NCBI GenBank assembly: GCA_014859205.1
Contig: JACUUR010000002.1
Coordinates: 1 to 56,438, forward strand
Source: Dehalococcoidia bacterium
GTDB taxonomy: Bacteria > Chloroflexota > Dehalococcoidia > GIF9 > AB-539-J10
Length of the DNA: 56,438 nt
Reading direction: 5' to 3'
The notes below the pieces were generated by a model. The model had not been told where the DNA came from, did no database searches, and saw nothing but the letters and a program-made list of their open reading frames with translations. Position 1 is the stretch's first letter. The number at the start of each line of letters is the position of its first letter. Position numbers and translations under genes: made by a program. Positions 28,476 through 38,426 of the stretch are shown piece after piece.

Positions 28476-29232
28476 TACAGAGAACATGGTCAAGGTATTC
28501 GAACGACCGAACAGCCTCAATGAATCCCAGTTCAGCTATTGCCCGGGTTGCCATCATGGGGTAGTTACCCGCATCGTCGCCCAGACCATTGACGAACTCG
28601 AGATTCGGGAACGCACTGTGCTGGTGGCGCCTGTGGGTTGTTCAGTCAGCATGTACCAGTGGTTTCGCTGCGACGGAACCCAGGCCTCTCACGGCCGGGC
28701 ATGTGCGGTAGCAACCGGCCTGAAGCGAGTCAACCCGAACCTCATCGTTTTCACCTATCAGGGCGACGGCGACCTGGCCGCCATCGGGACGGCGGAATCC
28801 ATCCACGCCGCCAATCGGGGCGAGAACATAACAGTCATCTTCATCAACAACCAGATCTATGGTATGACCGGAGGGCAGATGGCCCCCACCACCCTACTAG
28901 GACAGTGGGCCACCAGTTGTCCGGACGGCCGTGAAGGCAGCCTGGCCGGTTACCCGCTTCGGTTTGCCGAGATGGTGGCCCAACTGGAAGCGCCGGTCTA
29001 CGTTACCCGCCAATCGGTCTACGACCAGAAGCGTATCATGGCCACAACCCGGGCCATTATGAAGGCGTTCCGGTATCAGGTGGAGGGCAAGGGGTACGCC
29101 CTGGTGGAGGTCCTCACCAACTGCCCCACTAACTGGAAGATGGGTCCGGTTGAGGCCAATCGTCGGCTGGCAGATGAGGTGGTCAAGACATTCCCGCTAG
29201 GCGACCTCGTGGACAGGGGGCAAAGTGGATAA
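28465..29232 (+). CDS. 2-oxoacid:ferredoxin oxidoreductase beta subunit (TPP-binding)
   Basis: 255 aa. YCPGCHHG, GDGDLAAIG and INNQIYGMTGGQ motifs. Overlaps the alpha-subunit stop. Confidence 0.85.
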   Translation: MPVSTENMVKVFERPNSLNESQFSYCPGCHHGVVTRIVAQTIDELEIRERTVLVAPVGCSVSMYQWFRCDGTQASHGRACAVATGLKRVNPNLIVFTYQGDGDLAAIGTAESIHAANRGENITVIFINNQIYGMTGGQMAPTTLLGQWATSCPDGREGSLAGYPLRFAEMVAQLEAPVYVTRQSVYDQKRIMATTRAIMKAFRYQVEGKGYALVEVLTNCPTNWKMGPVEANRRLADEVVKTFPLGDLVDRGQSG

Positions 29233-29761
29233 TACATTCATATTTGCTGGCTTCGGAGGCCAGGGGGTTATACTGGCAGGCAAGCTCCTGGCCCAGGCGG
29301 GAACAGAATACGGCCTACACGTGACCTGGCTTCCATCCTACGGCCCGGAGATGAGGGGTGGGACGGCAAACTGCACAATAGTCCTCTCTGACGAACCCAT
29401 CGGCTCACCTGTGGTGGATACGCCCACCGGCCTCATCGCCATGAACCTCCCTTCTCTCGACAGATTCGAAAAGGCTGTGGCCGGATCGGGCACCATAGTA
29501 GTCAACTCCTCCCTGGTAGCGCGCCAGGTAGAGCGCGAAGACGTGCGAGCCCTAGCACTGCCGCTTAACGACATCGCTGCCTCGCTGGGCAACCCCAGAG
29601 CCGCCAACATGGTCGCGTTGGGCGCCCTGGTTAAGGCCACCGGAGCAGTGCCCCTAGAGACAGTGCAGAGGGCAGTAACCACCATGCTGGGACACAAGGC
29701 CAGCAGCGAGCTCATCGAAGTGAACAAGCGAGCACTGGCAGCCGGCTACGAGGCCGTGTAG
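29225..29761 (+). CDS. 2-oxoacid:ferredoxin oxidoreductase gamma subunit
   Basis: 178 aa. FAGFGGQGVILAGKLLAQAG and YGPEMRGG motifs. GTG start overlaps the beta-subunit stop. Confidence 0.85.
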   Translation: MDNTFIFAGFGGQGVILAGKLLAQAGTEYGLHVTWLPSYGPEMRGGTANCTIVLSDEPIGSPVVDTPTGLIAMNLPSLDRFEKAVAGSGTIVVNSSLVARQVEREDVRALALPLNDIAASLGNPRAANMVALGALVKATGAVPLETVQRAVTTMLGHKASSELIEVNKRALAAGYEAV

Positions 29762-29891
29762 CCTGATTGCCAGCCAGTTGAATGGCAGGCATGCCTAATA
29801 GCTGCATCCCAAGGCTGAGAACACAACCGTATCACCCGGACCACAAGCCCATCAGCAAAATTCATCGAGCCCGACAAGACAGGCCCCGGCG

Positions 29892-30878
29892 TCAACCGAT
29901 ACTCAGGCTCGACACCACATCCAGATCATAGCCGCTGCTTGCGCCGGCACGGAGATGGTAGTAGCCGCAGGCGGCCACCATAGCGGCATTGTCGGTGCAT
30001 AAGTGGGAAGGGGGAATGAGCACCGGCACCGGCGACTTGGCCACAAAACGCGCCGTCAGCGATTTGTTGGCTGCCACTCCACCGCTGAGCAGAATCTGCC
30101 GCACTCCTGACTGTCTGGCGGCTTCAACCGTCTTGGCCACCAGAACCTCGATTACAGCCGTCTGAAAGCTTGCCGCGGCGTCAGGCACGGAAACCCCTCC
30201 CTTATCAACAAGATGCCACAGGGCGGTCTTCAGTCCACTGAAGCTGAAATCATGGCTGTTCCTGAGCCAGGCCCGGGGTAGGGACAAGGACGGCGTTCCT
30301 GAGCTGGCGGCCCGTTCAATGGCCGGCCCCCCTGGGTAGCCCAGGCCCAGGATCCTGGCCGCCTTGTCAAACGCCTCGCCAGCAGCGTCATCGCGGGTCC
30401 GCCCCAACTTCTCATATCGCCCATGGCCCTTCATCAGCACCAGATCGCTGTGTCCGCCGGAGACAATCAGGCAGAGGCAGGGGAAATCCACGCTTCCCGA
30501 GTCGCCTGCTGAAGGTGATTCAAGCCAATTGGCGTATATATGCGACTCAAGGTGGTTGACCCCGATAAGAGGCAGCTTCCTGGCCAGGGCGACCGCCTTG
30601 GCTATGTTCACACCGACCAGCAGCGACCCGGCCAACCCCGGACCGAAGGTCACGGCAATGCCGTCGATGTCACGCCAATCCACATCCCTCATTGCCTGCT
30701 CGATCACCGGGATGATGGTGAGTAGATGCTGTCTTGAGGCAACCTCAGGGACTACGCCACCGTAGCGCGCATGAATGTCTATCTGTGAAGCCACCACATT
30801 GGACAGGATCCGTCTGCCGTCCTCCACCACGGCAGCAGCCGTCTCATCACACGAAGTTTCAATACCCAAGACTTTCAT
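29892..30878 (-). CDS. tsaD: tRNA N6-adenosine threonylcarbamoyltransferase
   Basis: Starts [27 protein letters not shown] metal motif and SGGVAAN. The upstream 29 codons in the track ORF are a spurious extension. Confidence 0.9.
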   Translation of the reverse strand: MKVLGIETSCDETAAAVVEDGRRILSNVVASQIDIHARYGGVVPEVASRQHLLTIIPVIEQAMRDVDWRDIDGIAVTFGPGLAGSLLVGVNIAKAVALARKLPLIGVNHLESHIYANWLESPSAGDSGSVDFPCLCLIVSGGHSDLVLMKGHGRYEKLGRTRDDAAGEAFDKAARILGLGYPGGPAIERAASSGTPSLSLPRAWLRNSHDFSFSGLKTALWHLVDKGGVSVPDAAASFQTAVIEVLVAKTVEAARQSGVRQILLSGGVAANKSLTARFVAKSPVPVLIPPSHLCTDNAAMVAACGYYHLRAGASSGYDLDVVSSLSIG

Positions 30879-31057
30879 CTTCGTTCTATTCCCTTGACAC
30901 CGGCACATATCTAAGACCCGGAACAACAACAGACCGCAAAGCCGCGCGGTGTGCATCTCCAGCACTGCCAGGGCCTCTCTGATTCAGCTGTAAGGACTCA
31001 CACTCTGCATAGATCACTGGTCACCATGGGGTTTGGCAGATACACAGCACCACAGCG

Positions 31058-32224
31058 CTACACGCCTGCCTCTCCCGCTCTCCTGACGGCGTATTGCAGG
31101 GCCAGCGGCGCAAAGAAGCCATACACGCCTGTCGTTGTCGCCATGATGGTGATGATCCTGCCTCCAAGCTCATGTCCCGACAGTGCTTGAGCCGCAAGAA
31201 AGGCAAGGCCCATAACAACGCCTGCCTGGTTCAGCAATGCAAACCCAAGGTATCGCCTAGCTTTGGGCTCAGCACCTGACAAGGAAGCTCCTACTCGGCA
31301 ACCCACCACCATGCCGATGGTTCTGCCCGCACAGTATACAAGCACCACCGGCCATACGAGGTGAAACAATGAGAAGTCCATGGCCATACCGATTGCCGCG
31401 AAAAAAAGAACGAATACTGGCGTCATAATGCTGTCCACCAGTTGATTGGCGCGATTGCCAATCTGGGCATTCAGGTTTATCACTGCGGCCCCCAAAGACA
31501 TACACGCGAGGATGGTTGAGACTCCTATCATCTCTGCAAGTCCCCAGCACAGCACGATGACCGCCACAAAGACAATGAAGAGGTGCTCGGAGGAGAGCGA
31601 GATCTTCTTTGTGAAGCCGGAAACAGCTATCCCCAGCGCCAGCCCCAGTCCCATGCCGCCGAGGATCTCCCACAAGGGGGAAGAAAGAGAAGAAGACAGG
31701 CTTGCCTCTACACCCGACAACATCTGGGCCAGTACAATCCCCATCGAGAAGATAATCACCACGACCGCATCAGCCAACCCCACCATGGCCATGGTAATAT
31801 CCGTAAGGGTTCCTTTTGCCCTCAGGTCCCTTAATACGGCGATCGTACCGGCAGGGCTGGCTGCAGGCGCCAGCGACCCGAGGATAATGGAAAGCGGGAG
31901 ATCCTTGGTCAGCAGGTAGACAAAACCCCATACCGCAACAGAGGTGACGAGCACCTGCGTAACCAGTATGATCACCACCTGTCTACCTATCCGCCTTAGG
32001 AAGACCGAGGAAAAGGTAGATCCCACCGTATATGCCACAAAGGCCAGTGTTACACCGGTGATGATGACGCTGAACTGTGCAGGGGCACTGAAATGCAAGA
32101 CCTGGCCTATGACAATGCCTGAGATGAGATATGCCAGGATTTCCGTTAAGCGCAGCCTGCGTAGTGCCCTTCCCAGTATGAATCCCAGTATCAGAATCAA
32201 GCCAACAAGAACATAGATGTTCAT
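31058..32224 (-). CDS. Cation:proton antiporter (CPA2 / Kef-NapA-like)
   Basis: 388 aa and almost entirely hydrophobic, with multiple predicted TM helices. Start overlaps the upstream CBS gene stop as ATGA. Confidence 0.7.
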   Translation of the reverse strand: MNIYVLVGLILILGFILGRALRRLRLTEILAYLISGIVIGQVLHFSAPAQFSVIITGVTLAFVAYTVGSTFSSVFLRRIGRQVVIILVTQVLVTSVAVWGFVYLLTKDLPLSIILGSLAPAASPAGTIAVLRDLRAKGTLTDITMAMVGLADAVVVIIFSMGIVLAQMLSGVEASLSSSLSSPLWEILGGMGLGLALGIAVSGFTKKISLSSEHLFIVFVAVIVLCWGLAEMIGVSTILACMSLGAAVINLNAQIGNRANQLVDSIMTPVFVLFFAAIGMAMDFSLFHLVWPVVLVYCAGRTIGMVVGCRVGASLSGAEPKARRYLGFALLNQAGVVMGLAFLAAQALSGHELGGRIITIMATTTGVYGFFAPLALQYAVRRAGEAGV

Positions 32225-32682
32225 CCCGCGTTCATGAACTTATATCGGAGGTTCCTGACCAGCAACTGTATTGTTATTTCGCCCAAGAGCGCTTTTCCCT
32301 CATCTACAACTGCCAGCCGACGGATATCGAAGGACGAAAGCTTCCCCACGATGTCCGCCACGATATCCTCGGGCGAGCATAAGACGGGTTCATGCGTCAT
32401 CACATCCCGAACAAGGCTCTCTGTATGCAACATGTCAGCCCTGGAAATCCCGAACAGCCTTTCCTTTCTTTGCCCCGGAGGAACAATCAGCCGCAGAATA
32501 TCGTGCTCTGTTACCACGCCAACCACCTTCATATCCTGTATATTGTTGACTACCCACGCATGTGCGTTCTCAGATAGTTTGGTAAGGAACTCGACCCAGG
32601 TGGCGTTCTCCGCCACAAACGGAGTATCATGAATAGGTGTCATTATCTCCTTTACCGTTAGCTTGTAGAGTTCTTCCATCAT
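32221..32682 (-). CDS. CBS-pair domain protein
   Basis: Two CBS-like units (VKEIMTP...VVGVVTEHDILR and VRDVMTHEP...LLGEITIQLLVR). ATG at 32682 is preceded by GAGGAG. Translationally coupled to the antiporter. Confidence 0.7.
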   Translation of the reverse strand: MMEELYKLTVKEIMTPIHDTPFVAENATWVEFLTKLSENAHAWVVNNIQDMKVVGVVTEHDILRLIVPPGQRKERLFGISRADMLHTESLVRDVMTHEPVLCSPEDIVADIVGKLSSFDIRRLAVVDEGKALLGEITIQLLVRNLRYKFMNAG

Positions 32683-32905
32683 GGTCTCCTCAGGTAACCG
32701 GCATACCACGAGGGGTTAGAACGTCCCTTCAGCCGCCTAAGGTACGATAGCTCTGCCGACGACTATGTGCGCGTAACGATATCCCGGCTGGACAAAACGT
32801 GTATGCCGGCATTCTAATACAGAAGGCGACCTCAGGCAAGCAACAACGAGTTGCCCTGTGGTGTTCATTATGCTAGCGTAGCCCCAGATTGCAGACGTCC
32901 TGAAC

Positions 32906-33508
32906 ATGACATCTATCATTCTGGCAGGTGGGAGAAGCACCAGGCTGGGCCGGAGCAAGGCTCTCCAAGTTGTCGGGGACAGAACCCTGATACAGTGGGT
33001 TGTCGACCGCCTAGCCGTCCTGAGCACGGAGATCATCATAGCAACTGCCCATGGAGAGGCCATCCCCTGCTCGTCGCCCGTGACCATGAGAACTGTGGCG
33101 GATGTCTACCCCGACGGGGGGCCGCTGGGAGGGATCTACACCGGGCTGGCCTCTTCGTCTGGCGCCCGGGCCATCATAGTTGGCTGCGACACGCCCTTTC
33201 TGAACGTCGAGCTACTTGCTCATATGATGCGGATCTCACCGGAGTTCGACGTTGTGGTTCCGCGGGTAGGAGACAAGGTAGAGCCGCTATGCGCGGTGTA
33301 CTCCAGGCGCTGTATGGACACCATAAGGGGCCTGCTGGATGAGAACGAACTGAGAATCACCACGCTTTTTGGCCTGGTGAGCGTCAGATACATCGAGGTG
33401 TCTGAGATAGACACGTTCGATCCGGAGCACCTGAGCTTCCTCAATGCCAACAGCCAGACCGACCTGGAGAGGGCCAGAAGGCTGGCAGCCGAAAGAGGCC
33501 TGAGCTAG
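32906..33508 (+). CDS. mobA: Molybdenum cofactor guanylyltransferase
   Basis: 200 aa. IILAGGRSTRLGRSKA nucleotide-binding motif and VGCDTPFL. Its stop overlaps the convergent mvhD stop within CTAG (33505-33508). Confidence 0.8.
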   Translation: MTSIILAGGRSTRLGRSKALQVVGDRTLIQWVVDRLAVLSTEIIIATAHGEAIPCSSPVTMRTVADVYPDGGPLGGIYTGLASSSGARAIIVGCDTPFLNVELLAHMMRISPEFDVVVPRVGDKVEPLCAVYSRRCMDTIRGLLDENELRITTLFGLVSVRYIEVSEIDTFDPEHLSFLNANSQTDLERARRLAAERGLS

Positions 33509-33939
33509 GACTGACTGCCTACGGTGTCCCGCAAGGGACTGGGGCCGAGCTTCTTGATCTCCGAGACGAAATCGGTCACCACCTGGGCAAACCTCTGCCC
33601 CTCGGCGGCCGAGACCCACTCCAGCCTCAGCCGCTCGGACTCGATTCCCAGCTCAAGCAGCAGCTTCTTCAGCAGCAGCATCCTGCGCCGGGTCTTGTAG
33701 TTCCCCTCTAGATAGTGACAATCCCTGGGGTGGCATCCCCCTACAAACACGCCGTCAGCTCCCAAACGAAAGGCGTGCAGGATATACAGGGGGTCAACCG
33801 CTCCCGAACACATAAGCCTTATCATCCTCAAGTTGGGCGGATATTGAAGCCGGCTTATTCCGGCAAGGTCAGCCCCCGCATATGCGCACCAATTGCAGCA
33901 GAAGCCGATAATCTTGGGCTCAAAACTATCCGTCATCAT
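33505..33939 (-). CDS. mvhD: MvhD/FlpD-like [2Fe-2S] electron-transfer protein (copy 2)
   Basis: 144 aa. IIGFCCNWCAYAGADLAG...RLMCSGAV...VFVGGCHPRDCHY is the MvhD signature. ATG at 33937-33939 overlaps the hdrL TGA (ATGATGA). The track ORF start at 34143 is an extension. Confidence 0.85.
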   Translation of the reverse strand: MMTDSFEPKIIGFCCNWCAYAGADLAGISRLQYPPNLRMIRLMCSGAVDPLYILHAFRLGADGVFVGGCHPRDCHYLEGNYKTRRRMLLLKKLLLELGIESERLRLEWVSAAEGQRFAQVVTDFVSEIKKLGPSPLRDTVGSQS

Positions 33940-36900
33940 ACTCCTGCCAGAGCCGCACTGAGCGCAGCTGAGATCTCCTCCCTCGTGAATCCTCGCTGCT
34001 GGACAGCCCCGGACGGACAGGCAGCGCAGCAGGTGCCGCAGCCCTTGCATAGAGCCGCATTCACCACAGAGACCCCCTTCTCCCGATCCACAGCGATCGC
34101 TACGTAAGGACACATGGCCTCGCATATGCCGCAACCGGTACATATCTTCTCGTTCACAGAAGCAACAATGCCTTCTCCGGTTACGGCATCCTTGACCAGC
34201 ACTAGAGAGGCGCGGGCAGCAGCAGCCTTAGCCTGGGCAATGCTTTCCTCGATGGTCTTCGGTGCGTGGGCCAGTCCACAGACAAACACCCCGTCGGTGG
34301 CGAAGTCAACCGGGCGCAGCTTCACATGCGCCTCCAGGAAGAAGCCGTCCTGGTTCAGAGGCACCTTGTACAGCATGGCCAGTTCGTTGGCTTCAGGCGA
34401 AGGAACCATGGCTGCACTCAGCGCCAGGATATCGGCATCGATCACCACGTTCTGCCCCAGCACAGGGTCATAGGTCTCGACACCAAGCAGGAACCTGCTG
34501 TCCCTTCTTCTCTGACTGACCCGGGGCTTGTTCTCCAGATCATAGCGCACGAAGATGACACCCTTCTGCCTCGCCTCCTCATAGTACTTCTCGCTGAACC
34601 CGTAAGTTCGCACATCTCGATAGAGGATGTAGATGTTCATGTCGGGCTTCATCTCTTTGAGCCTCAGGGCATTGTTGATTGCCCTGTTGCAGCACACCCT
34701 GGAGCAGTAGGGTCGGTTCTCATCCCGGCAGCCAACGCACTGGATCATAACCAGGTTGTCGCAGTTCACGATATCAGGAGCCTTCTTCAGCAGCTCTTCC
34801 TCAAGCTCAAGCTGAGTAAGCACCCTCGGGTCTTTGCCATACAGATACTCCTCGGGTTTGTACTCCTCCGCTCCGGTGGCGATTATGGTCACGCCGTGTT
34901 CCAGCTTCTCCACCACCCTGCCGCGGTACCTCATGACCTCTGTCGTGAAGTTGCCCACATACCCGTGGACATCGACTATCCAGGTGTCGGTATACACCCT
35001 GATCCTGGGATGCTCCTGCACCTTGTGTATAAGCCCATCCAGAAACTCCTGAATATCCTCACCCTCAAGGCCGAAGTGTATTCTTCTGGTTATGCCGCCC
35101 AGCACGTTGCTTCTCTCGATCAGATCAACCTCGAATCCCTGTTCTGCCAATGTCAGTGCGCTGGTCATCCCGGCTACGCCTCCCCCGATAACCAACGCCC
35201 GGTGGTTGACCGGCAAGGCCACCGGTGTGAGCGGTTCGATCAACGCCGCCTTAGCCACCGCCATTCTCACCAGGTCCTCTGCCTTTACGGTCGCTTCTTC
35301 CTGCTCATGCATATGTACCCATGAACACTGGTCCCGGATGTTCGCCATCTCGAACAGATACGGGTTCAGCCCGGCCTGCCTGATTGTCTCCCTGAACATG
35401 GGCTCATGCGTCCTGGGAGTACAGGAAGCCACCACAACCCTGTTCAGCCTGTATTCCTCAATGGCTTTCTTGATCTTCTCCTGTGTGTCCTGAGAGCAGG
35501 TGAAGAGATTTCTTTCGGCATATTCCACGTTAGGCAGGGTCCTGGCATAGTCGGCGACCTCGGGCACATCCAGGTATCCGCCAATGTTAACTCCGCAGTG
35601 ACAGACGAAAACACCGATTCTGGGCTCCTCCCCGCTAACATCTCTCTCAGGGGGATACTCCTTTGTTCTGGTCAATGTCCCTCTCGCCGGAGCCAGCAAG
35701 GCAGAGATCTCCCCCGCCGCCGCACTTGCCTGCACTACAGTCTCAGGAATGTCCTTGGGAGCCGAGAAAGCTCCGCAGACGAATATCCCGGGCTGGGAAG
35801 TCGTCATGGGCAGGAACGGTTGTGTCTGGCAGAAACCGTACGGGTTGATCTGAACACCGCCCTTCCTGGCAAGCTCCACCAGTTCCGGCGAAGACTGAAA
35901 GCCTACAGAAAGGACCACCATGCTGAATCGCTCGGTCGTCACGGTGCCGTCCTCGGTGGCGAACTTGACCACCAGGTCCCCGCTGCTGTCGGCCGATTCG
36001 ATGCTGTAGACCTTCGATCTGACGAAGTTGATTCCGCTTTCTTCCTTGGCGCGCTCATAGTACTTGTCGAAATCCTTGCCATGAGTCCTGATATCCATGA
36101 AAAAGATGGTGATGTCTAGAGGCACGGTGCTATGCTCCTTGGCAATCACAGCCTCCTTGATGGCGTAGGTACAACAAACGGAAGAGCAGTAAGGCCGGTT
36201 ATGACTTGGATCCCTGGAACCGACGCACTGTATGAATGCTATCCTTTGCGGTGGCGTCAAGTCTGAGGGCCTGAGCAAGGTCCCCTGGTAAGGACCAGTG
36301 GCGCCCAGGATGCGCTCAAACTCGATGCTGTTCACCACATTAGGATATTTCCGATAGCCAAGCTCATATTGAACCGAAGGGTCAAAAAGATCATACCCGG
36401 GGGCGAACACGACAGCGCCCACGTTCAGGTCCAGGTATTCATCCTGCATCTCGTATTCGATGGCCTGCGCGGTGCAGCGCGCCGCACACTCCTGGCACTG
36501 AAAACAACCCTCGATCTGTGAGGCCAGGCATCTCTCAGCCTCTTCTCTGGCCTCGGAGACGGAATAACCCAGCTCAACCTCTTCAAAGCTCTTGATCCGT
36601 TCCTCCGGGTCCAGCTCTTTCATAGGAACCCTGTTTCTGGAAGGCACACGCTGCCTCAGCGCCGCAAGCTCTACCTCACTGAGCTTCTTCAGTTGCCTCT
36701 CCTCCTCCTTAGGCGACAGAGGTTCTCCCCTCAGATATTCATCTATGGAACGGGCCGCCTGCTTACCGGCCGCTATAGCCTCAATAGCGATGGATGGTCC
36801 GCTGACTGCATCACCACCGGCAAAAATCCCATCCACGCTACTGGCCAGAGCCCCATCCGTTACGATCGTTCCCCCGCGAGAAATCTGTATGCCGGACTCC

Positions 36901-38411
36901 CGAGCGAAATCAAGAATCGAGGCTTGCCCCAGGGCAGTGATAACGGTATCAACGTCGACCATGAACTCCGAACCTGGAACCGCGACAGGGCGGCGACGTC
37001 CGCTGGCATCAGGCTCGCCGAGTTCCATCCTGACGCACTCCATCCCTGAGGTCCTCCCGCCTTCAATGATGATTCCGGTGGGGTTGGTCAGAAACACCAT
37101 CTCGATCCCCTCTTCCTCAGCACCCCTTACCTCCGAAGGCGTGGCCGGCATCTCGTCCCTTGAGCGCCGATAGATAACCTTTACGTCGGACCCCAAACGC
37201 CTGGCCACCCTGGCAGCATCAACCGCGGTATTGCCTCCACCCACTACCGCCACCCTCTGTCCCAGTTCAACCTCCTCGCCCATGTTGGCACGCCACAGGA
37301 AGTCGATAGCGTTGATAACCTGCGGTGAATCGCCTCCAGGGATGTCAAGCTTCGTACCACCATGAGCGCCGGTGGCGATGAACACGGCCTCATGGGATGT
37401 TCTAAGCGCCTCCAGTTGTATGTCCTCTCCTATTCTGCTGTTTGTCCTTATCTCGACTCCCAGTCTTCTTATGTAGTCTATCTCTTTGTTGAGTATAGCT
37501 TTGGGCAGGCGATACTCGGGAATGCCCACCCTGAGCATGCCTCCCGGTTCCGGCATGGCCTCGAATATGGTTACTTCATAGCCTGCCAGGGCAAGGTCGT
37601 GGGCTGCGGCCAGGCCTGCCGGACCGCTGCCGATAATGGCGATCTTCCTCCCGTTTCTGGTGATCTCGGGCACCTCGACAGCATCGATATCGATCTGGTC
37701 GGTGACAAATCTCTTCAGTTCCCTGATTGCTATAGAGTCATCCATCTGCGCCCGATTGCAGGCCTTCTCACAGGGGGCATAGCAGACGCGGCCGCAAACA
37801 ATAGGGAGCGGATTGGTGCTTCTTATCAGGTCATACGCTTCCTTGATCTTGCCGTCGGCGATCAACCTGGCATAGCCCTGAATATTCATGTGAATAGGGC
37901 AGGCGTCGCTGCAGGCTGCCTTACAGGGCCTGTCAGCCCGCCTGTCGATCACATAAGTGTTGGGCACAGATTGTAGGAAGGGGGTGTAAATCGCCTTGCG
38001 CTGCACCAAGCCCTGGTCGTACTCGTTCTTCATCGTAACCGGGCAACCCTGAGCACATAGGCCACATCCCGTGCATTTCGCTCCATCAACGAACCTGGCC
38101 TTCTTCTTCACCGATACTATGAAGTTGCCCGGCCGCCCCTTGATATCCAGCAGCTCAGAGTAGGTCAGAAGCTCAATATTGAGGTGTCTGCCGCACTCCA
38201 CCAGTTTGGGCGATAGAATACACATGGAGCAATCGTTGGTGGGGAAGGTCTTGTCCAGTTGGGCCATGACTCCGCCGATGGAGGGAGTCCTCTCCACGAG
38301 GTAGACATAGTATCCAGACTCAGCAAGGTCCAGCGATGTCTGAATACCCCCTATGCCTCCCCCTACGACAAGAACCGCTCCTACTGTGCCGTTTCCGTCT
38401 TGCTTATCCAT
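33936..38411 (-). CDS. HdrL-like giant flavoprotein: HdrA FAD unit with inserted GltD/NfnB-like NAD(P)H module, fused to a second complete HdrA unit
   Basis: 1491 aa. aa 1-160 are the HdrA core (VVGGGIGGIQ, SIGGVMAQLDKTFPTNDCSMCIL, CTGCGLCAQGCP). aa ~160-565 are GltD-like (CGRVCYAPCEKAC, IAIIGSGPAGL, VAVVGGGNTAVD, FAGGDAV). aa ~630-905 are the rest of HdrA (IQCVGSRD, YCSSVCC). aa ~928-1491 are a second HdrA (IGVFVCHCGVNIGG, ANIRDQCSWVH, VIGGGVAGM, IQCVGCRD, YCSRVCC, CTGCGICEAMCP, CKGCGTCCAACP). Confidence 0.85.
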   Translation of the reverse strand: MDKQDGNGTVGAVLVVGGGIGGIQTSLDLAESGYYVYLVERTPSIGGVMAQLDKTFPTNDCSMCILSPKLVECGRHLNIELLTYSELLDIKGRPGNFIVSVKKKARFVDGAKCTGCGLCAQGCPVTMKNEYDQGLVQRKAIYTPFLQSVPNTYVIDRRADRPCKAACSDACPIHMNIQGYARLIADGKIKEAYDLIRSTNPLPIVCGRVCYAPCEKACNRAQMDDSIAIRELKRFVTDQIDIDAVEVPEITRNGRKIAIIGSGPAGLAAAHDLALAGYEVTIFEAMPEPGGMLRVGIPEYRLPKAILNKEIDYIRRLGVEIRTNSRIGEDIQLEALRTSHEAVFIATGAHGGTKLDIPGGDSPQVINAIDFLWRANMGEEVELGQRVAVVGGGNTAVDAARVARRLGSDVKVIYRRSRDEMPATPSEVRGAEEEGIEMVFLTNPTGIIIEGGRTSGMECVRMELGEPDASGRRRPVAVPGSEFMVDVDTVITALGQASILDFARESGIQISRGGTIVTDGALASSVDGIFAGGDAVSGPSIAIEAIAAGKQAARSIDEYLRGEPLSPKEEERQLKKLSEVELAALRQRVPSRNRVPMKELDPEERIKSFEEVELGYSVSEAREEAERCLASQIEGCFQCQECAARCTAQAIEYEMQDEYLDLNVGAVVFAPGYDLFDPSVQYELGYRKYPNVVNSIEFERILGATGPYQGTLLRPSDLTPPQRIAFIQCVGSRDPSHNRPYCSSVCCTYAIKEAVIAKEHSTVPLDITIFFMDIRTHGKDFDKYYERAKEESGINFVRSKVYSIESADSSGDLVVKFATEDGTVTTERFSMVVLSVGFQSSPELVELARKGGVQINPYGFCQTQPFLPMTTSQPGIFVCGAFSAPKDIPETVVQASAAAGEISALLAPARGTLTRTKEYPPERDVSGEEPRIGVFVCHCGVNIGGYLDVPEVADYARTLPNVEYAERNLFTCSQDTQEKIKKAIEEYRLNRVVVASCTPRTHEPMFRETIRQAGLNPYLFEMANIRDQCSWVHMHEQEEATVKAEDLVRMAVAKAALIEPLTPVALPVNHRALVIGGGVAGMTSALTLAEQGFEVDLIERSNVLGGITRRIHFGLEGEDIQEFLDGLIHKVQEHPRIRVYTDTWIVDVHGYVGNFTTEVMRYRGRVVEKLEHGVTIIATGAEEYKPEEYLYGKDPRVLTQLELEEELLKKAPDIVNCDNLVMIQCVGCRDENRPYCSRVCCNRAINNALRLKEMKPDMNIYILYRDVRTYGFSEKYYEEARQKGVIFVRYDLENKPRVSQRRRDSRFLLGVETYDPVLGQNVVIDADILALSAAMVPSPEANELAMLYKVPLNQDGFFLEAHVKLRPVDFATDGVFVCGLAHAPKTIEESIAQAKAAAARASLVLVKDAVTGEGIVASVNEKICTGCGICEAMCPYVAIAVDREKGVSVVNAALCKGCGTCCAACPSGAVQQRGFTREEISAALSAALAGV

Positions 38412-38426
38412 AACAATACCTTCACA

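Noticed and set aside
34114-37976. Series of plus-strand ORFs (34114-34473, 34266-35324, 35406-36119, 36592-37173, 37362-37976) inside the hdrL locus
   Set aside because: All are antisense to a continuous 1491-aa ORF with dense HdrA/GltD motifs. Their low-complexity composition is typical of shadow frames in GC-rich DNA.
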